A stretch of DNA of 61,525 bases, counting the filler, from Sphacelaria rigidula (Eukaryota), in assembly GCA_964200075.2 (NCBI GenBank). It is 5 parts of 5 records of this genome, joined end to end, with 100 filler letters (N's around TTAATTAATTAA, not from the genome) between each part and the next. Parts side by side here need not be neighbours in the genome. Positions count along the whole stretch, not along the records: positions 49,303 to 61,525 come from CAXNAA020003989.1; 4 more parts are not named here. One strand, written 5' to 3'. Under the pieces are notes generated by a model that ran no database searches, was not told the DNA's origin, and worked only from the letters and a program-made list of their open reading frames with translations. The position numbers and the translations under genes are program-made. This document shows, piece by piece, positions 59,497 to 61,525 of this stretch; positions within the stretch are counted from its first letter, which is position 1; each line of letters starts with the position of its first letter.

Positions 59497-61269
59497 ACAT
59501 GAGTTTTTTTCTCTTCCTTTTTTACGTCGAGAAAATGACCCAACCAGTAGACTAGGTGCTGTAGTTCATTTTAATTCTGTTCGACAGTCAGTCCACAATG
59601 GCGCACTGATGTCCCGGACCAGTGCACCACGAAGATTGTTCAAATGGGCCCGCCAAGAGCCACCGATCTTTTGAAGGTTGTTGCAAACGGTGTTTTTTTG
59701 CATTTTTGATGCGGGTGGAAAATTCGCCCGTTCAAGGTTGGCGGGGCGGGAGGGGATCGAGGTGATCGTTGTCTCTAAGAACTAATCTAGGGGTGCTTTA
59801 TTGTAGTCGGCATTGTGGATGTTGTTAAGCAGGTGTTGCACAAGCTGTACAGGCGATGTGCATTTCGTTGACACGCGATGGGGAGGGGGGGGGGAGTGAG
59901 GGAGGGGGCGACGTCATGCGTTGGGATTTTTTTTCTTCATTTTTATCTGGTCCTTTCTTGTTTGTGTGGTGTGAGGGGTAGACTACTAGTTCACTGCCTT
60001 CCATTCTCTCTTGTTTTGTTATGTTTTCACTTTGATATTCAAAAACGAGGGAACCCTTGGTCTTTCCCCTCCCCTCGCTTCCGCAAACCACATAATGAGC
60101 AGTTATCCCCAAATAGTTGCCTGTTTGTGCCAAGGATGATGATGTTGCGAACCCGCACTGATGCCATGCGTGTCGACAGGCCAGCTCGAATATGATACAG
60201 AATTTACCAGTGTGTGCGGCATGCAAGTTGTTCGCGCTTGCGGGGGATTCGTATCTTCTGCTGCCGTTCGCCTGGAGCACATGCCCGTGTCATCTGGAAT
60301 GAGCAAATGATATGCTTGCCTCAAACTTCGCGGTGGTCCACATCGACAGAGACTGGCCTCAAAGAATCAGATTCGCATGACGCAGGACGCACGATTGGCA
60401 ACTGTTGTACTCCCCAGTCTGGACAGCTCTCTGTGCGTTCCCCGACTTGAGTTCACCGTCAGATACAGTGAGAAAATGACACAAGTGAACGGTAACAGAA
60501 GCACCTCACGGTGATCACAGCAGGTCTTGAGAGCAGTAAGATGAACACAGTGCAGCATTGAGGGGACAGAGCTTGTGTGGCAAAATTCATAAAATGACGA
60601 GTAGTAGTGCTGATATCCAGTTCCCTCATCGACAGGGAACTATCGTGTCAGTAGTTAAAAAATGCACAGGACGGAACAACGCAAAACACGGTAACTTTAC
60701 ATCACGTTCGAAGGACTTGTCATTCGTCTCAATGAGTCCTTGCCCACAATATCACAAGTAAGTGTTGAATGTGGTCATGACGAGACAGTTGCAGAGGAGG
60801 AATCAACGGAGCTGTCCTTATCGCCTGGGTGCGCAATTCGTTTGCCTCGTGTCGATCCGCCAATCCTGATCGCCCTCTAGATGAGGGTGTACGGAGGCGG
60901 GGGCTCTTCCTGGTTAGACACGGCCGGGTGAGCATACCATCTCTTCCTGGAAACGAGAAAGACTTGAACCCTGGCAACTTAATTTCGTCGGCTGATCAGG
61001 TGGAGATATCGTAGATTGCCCGTAGTAGGACTATCTTCCAACCCATCACTGGATCCCACATCATATTTGTACACCTTAACTTCTCACTTTCAGATCGAGT
61101 CCATAGCTTTAATATACCAATTTATCTCTTTCCCGGAACACGCCTCTGAATATGGTGACGTGAATTAAATCAAGATCCCCGCACGGTTATGAGTCTCACG
61201 ATGTATAACCTTTTGCTCATCACGTCATCAATTAATTGATCCTTTGTCAACTACGGTAATAAGATGCTC

Positions 61270-61525
61270 TGTATGTGTTTTCGTCCCATGTATTCTGGAC
61301 GCCGGTCTACACCTTCCGGTATGCTTGGACGCATCAGCCGGGGTCACACAGGAGGAAGGTCAACACAACAAGAGCTTTTTCTTTTCTTATTTGCTTGTAG
61401 TACCACACCTTCATTCTGCGGTACTTGCCTTTTATTTATAATCGCTAGAGGGGTTCAGCAGTCCCTTTCCCTCGTCGACCGTTGAGTCGAATTTTGTGTA
61501 CCCACGACATGGTCGCTCTCCACTG
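61270..61525 (-). mobile_element. SINE family 1 body and tail (runs off the window)
   Basis: Reverse complement matches 39530-39770. Confidence 0.8.

Overview
Eukaryotic, intron-rich genomic scaffold with short exons, introns of 0.3-1 kb and four N-gaps carrying an artificial TTAATTAATTAA spacer. Gene structure and the V-ATPase A sequence suggest a stramenopile, probably a brown alga (inference). Four spliced genes can be reconstructed. (1) A large minus-strand multi-C2/EF-hand/SAM gene with a 5.7-kb exon. (2) A WTAP/FIP37-like m6A-writer subunit with a long Q/H/E-rich tail. (3) A kinase-fold gene with degenerate catalytic motifs (HAN, DFS). (4) V-type ATPase subunit A, with 14 exons found and the N-terminal exons missing. 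The rest is rich in mobile DNA: two decayed LINEs, tRNA-derived SINEs, at least four MITEs and a 63-bp satellite. The most unusual signal is about 11 copies of a non-LTR retroelement 3' terminus in two subfamilies. They share a covarying multi-stem RNA fold ending in GAGTAC, are followed (and usually preceded) by poly(C) tracts instead of poly(A), and stack inside each other's C-tails.
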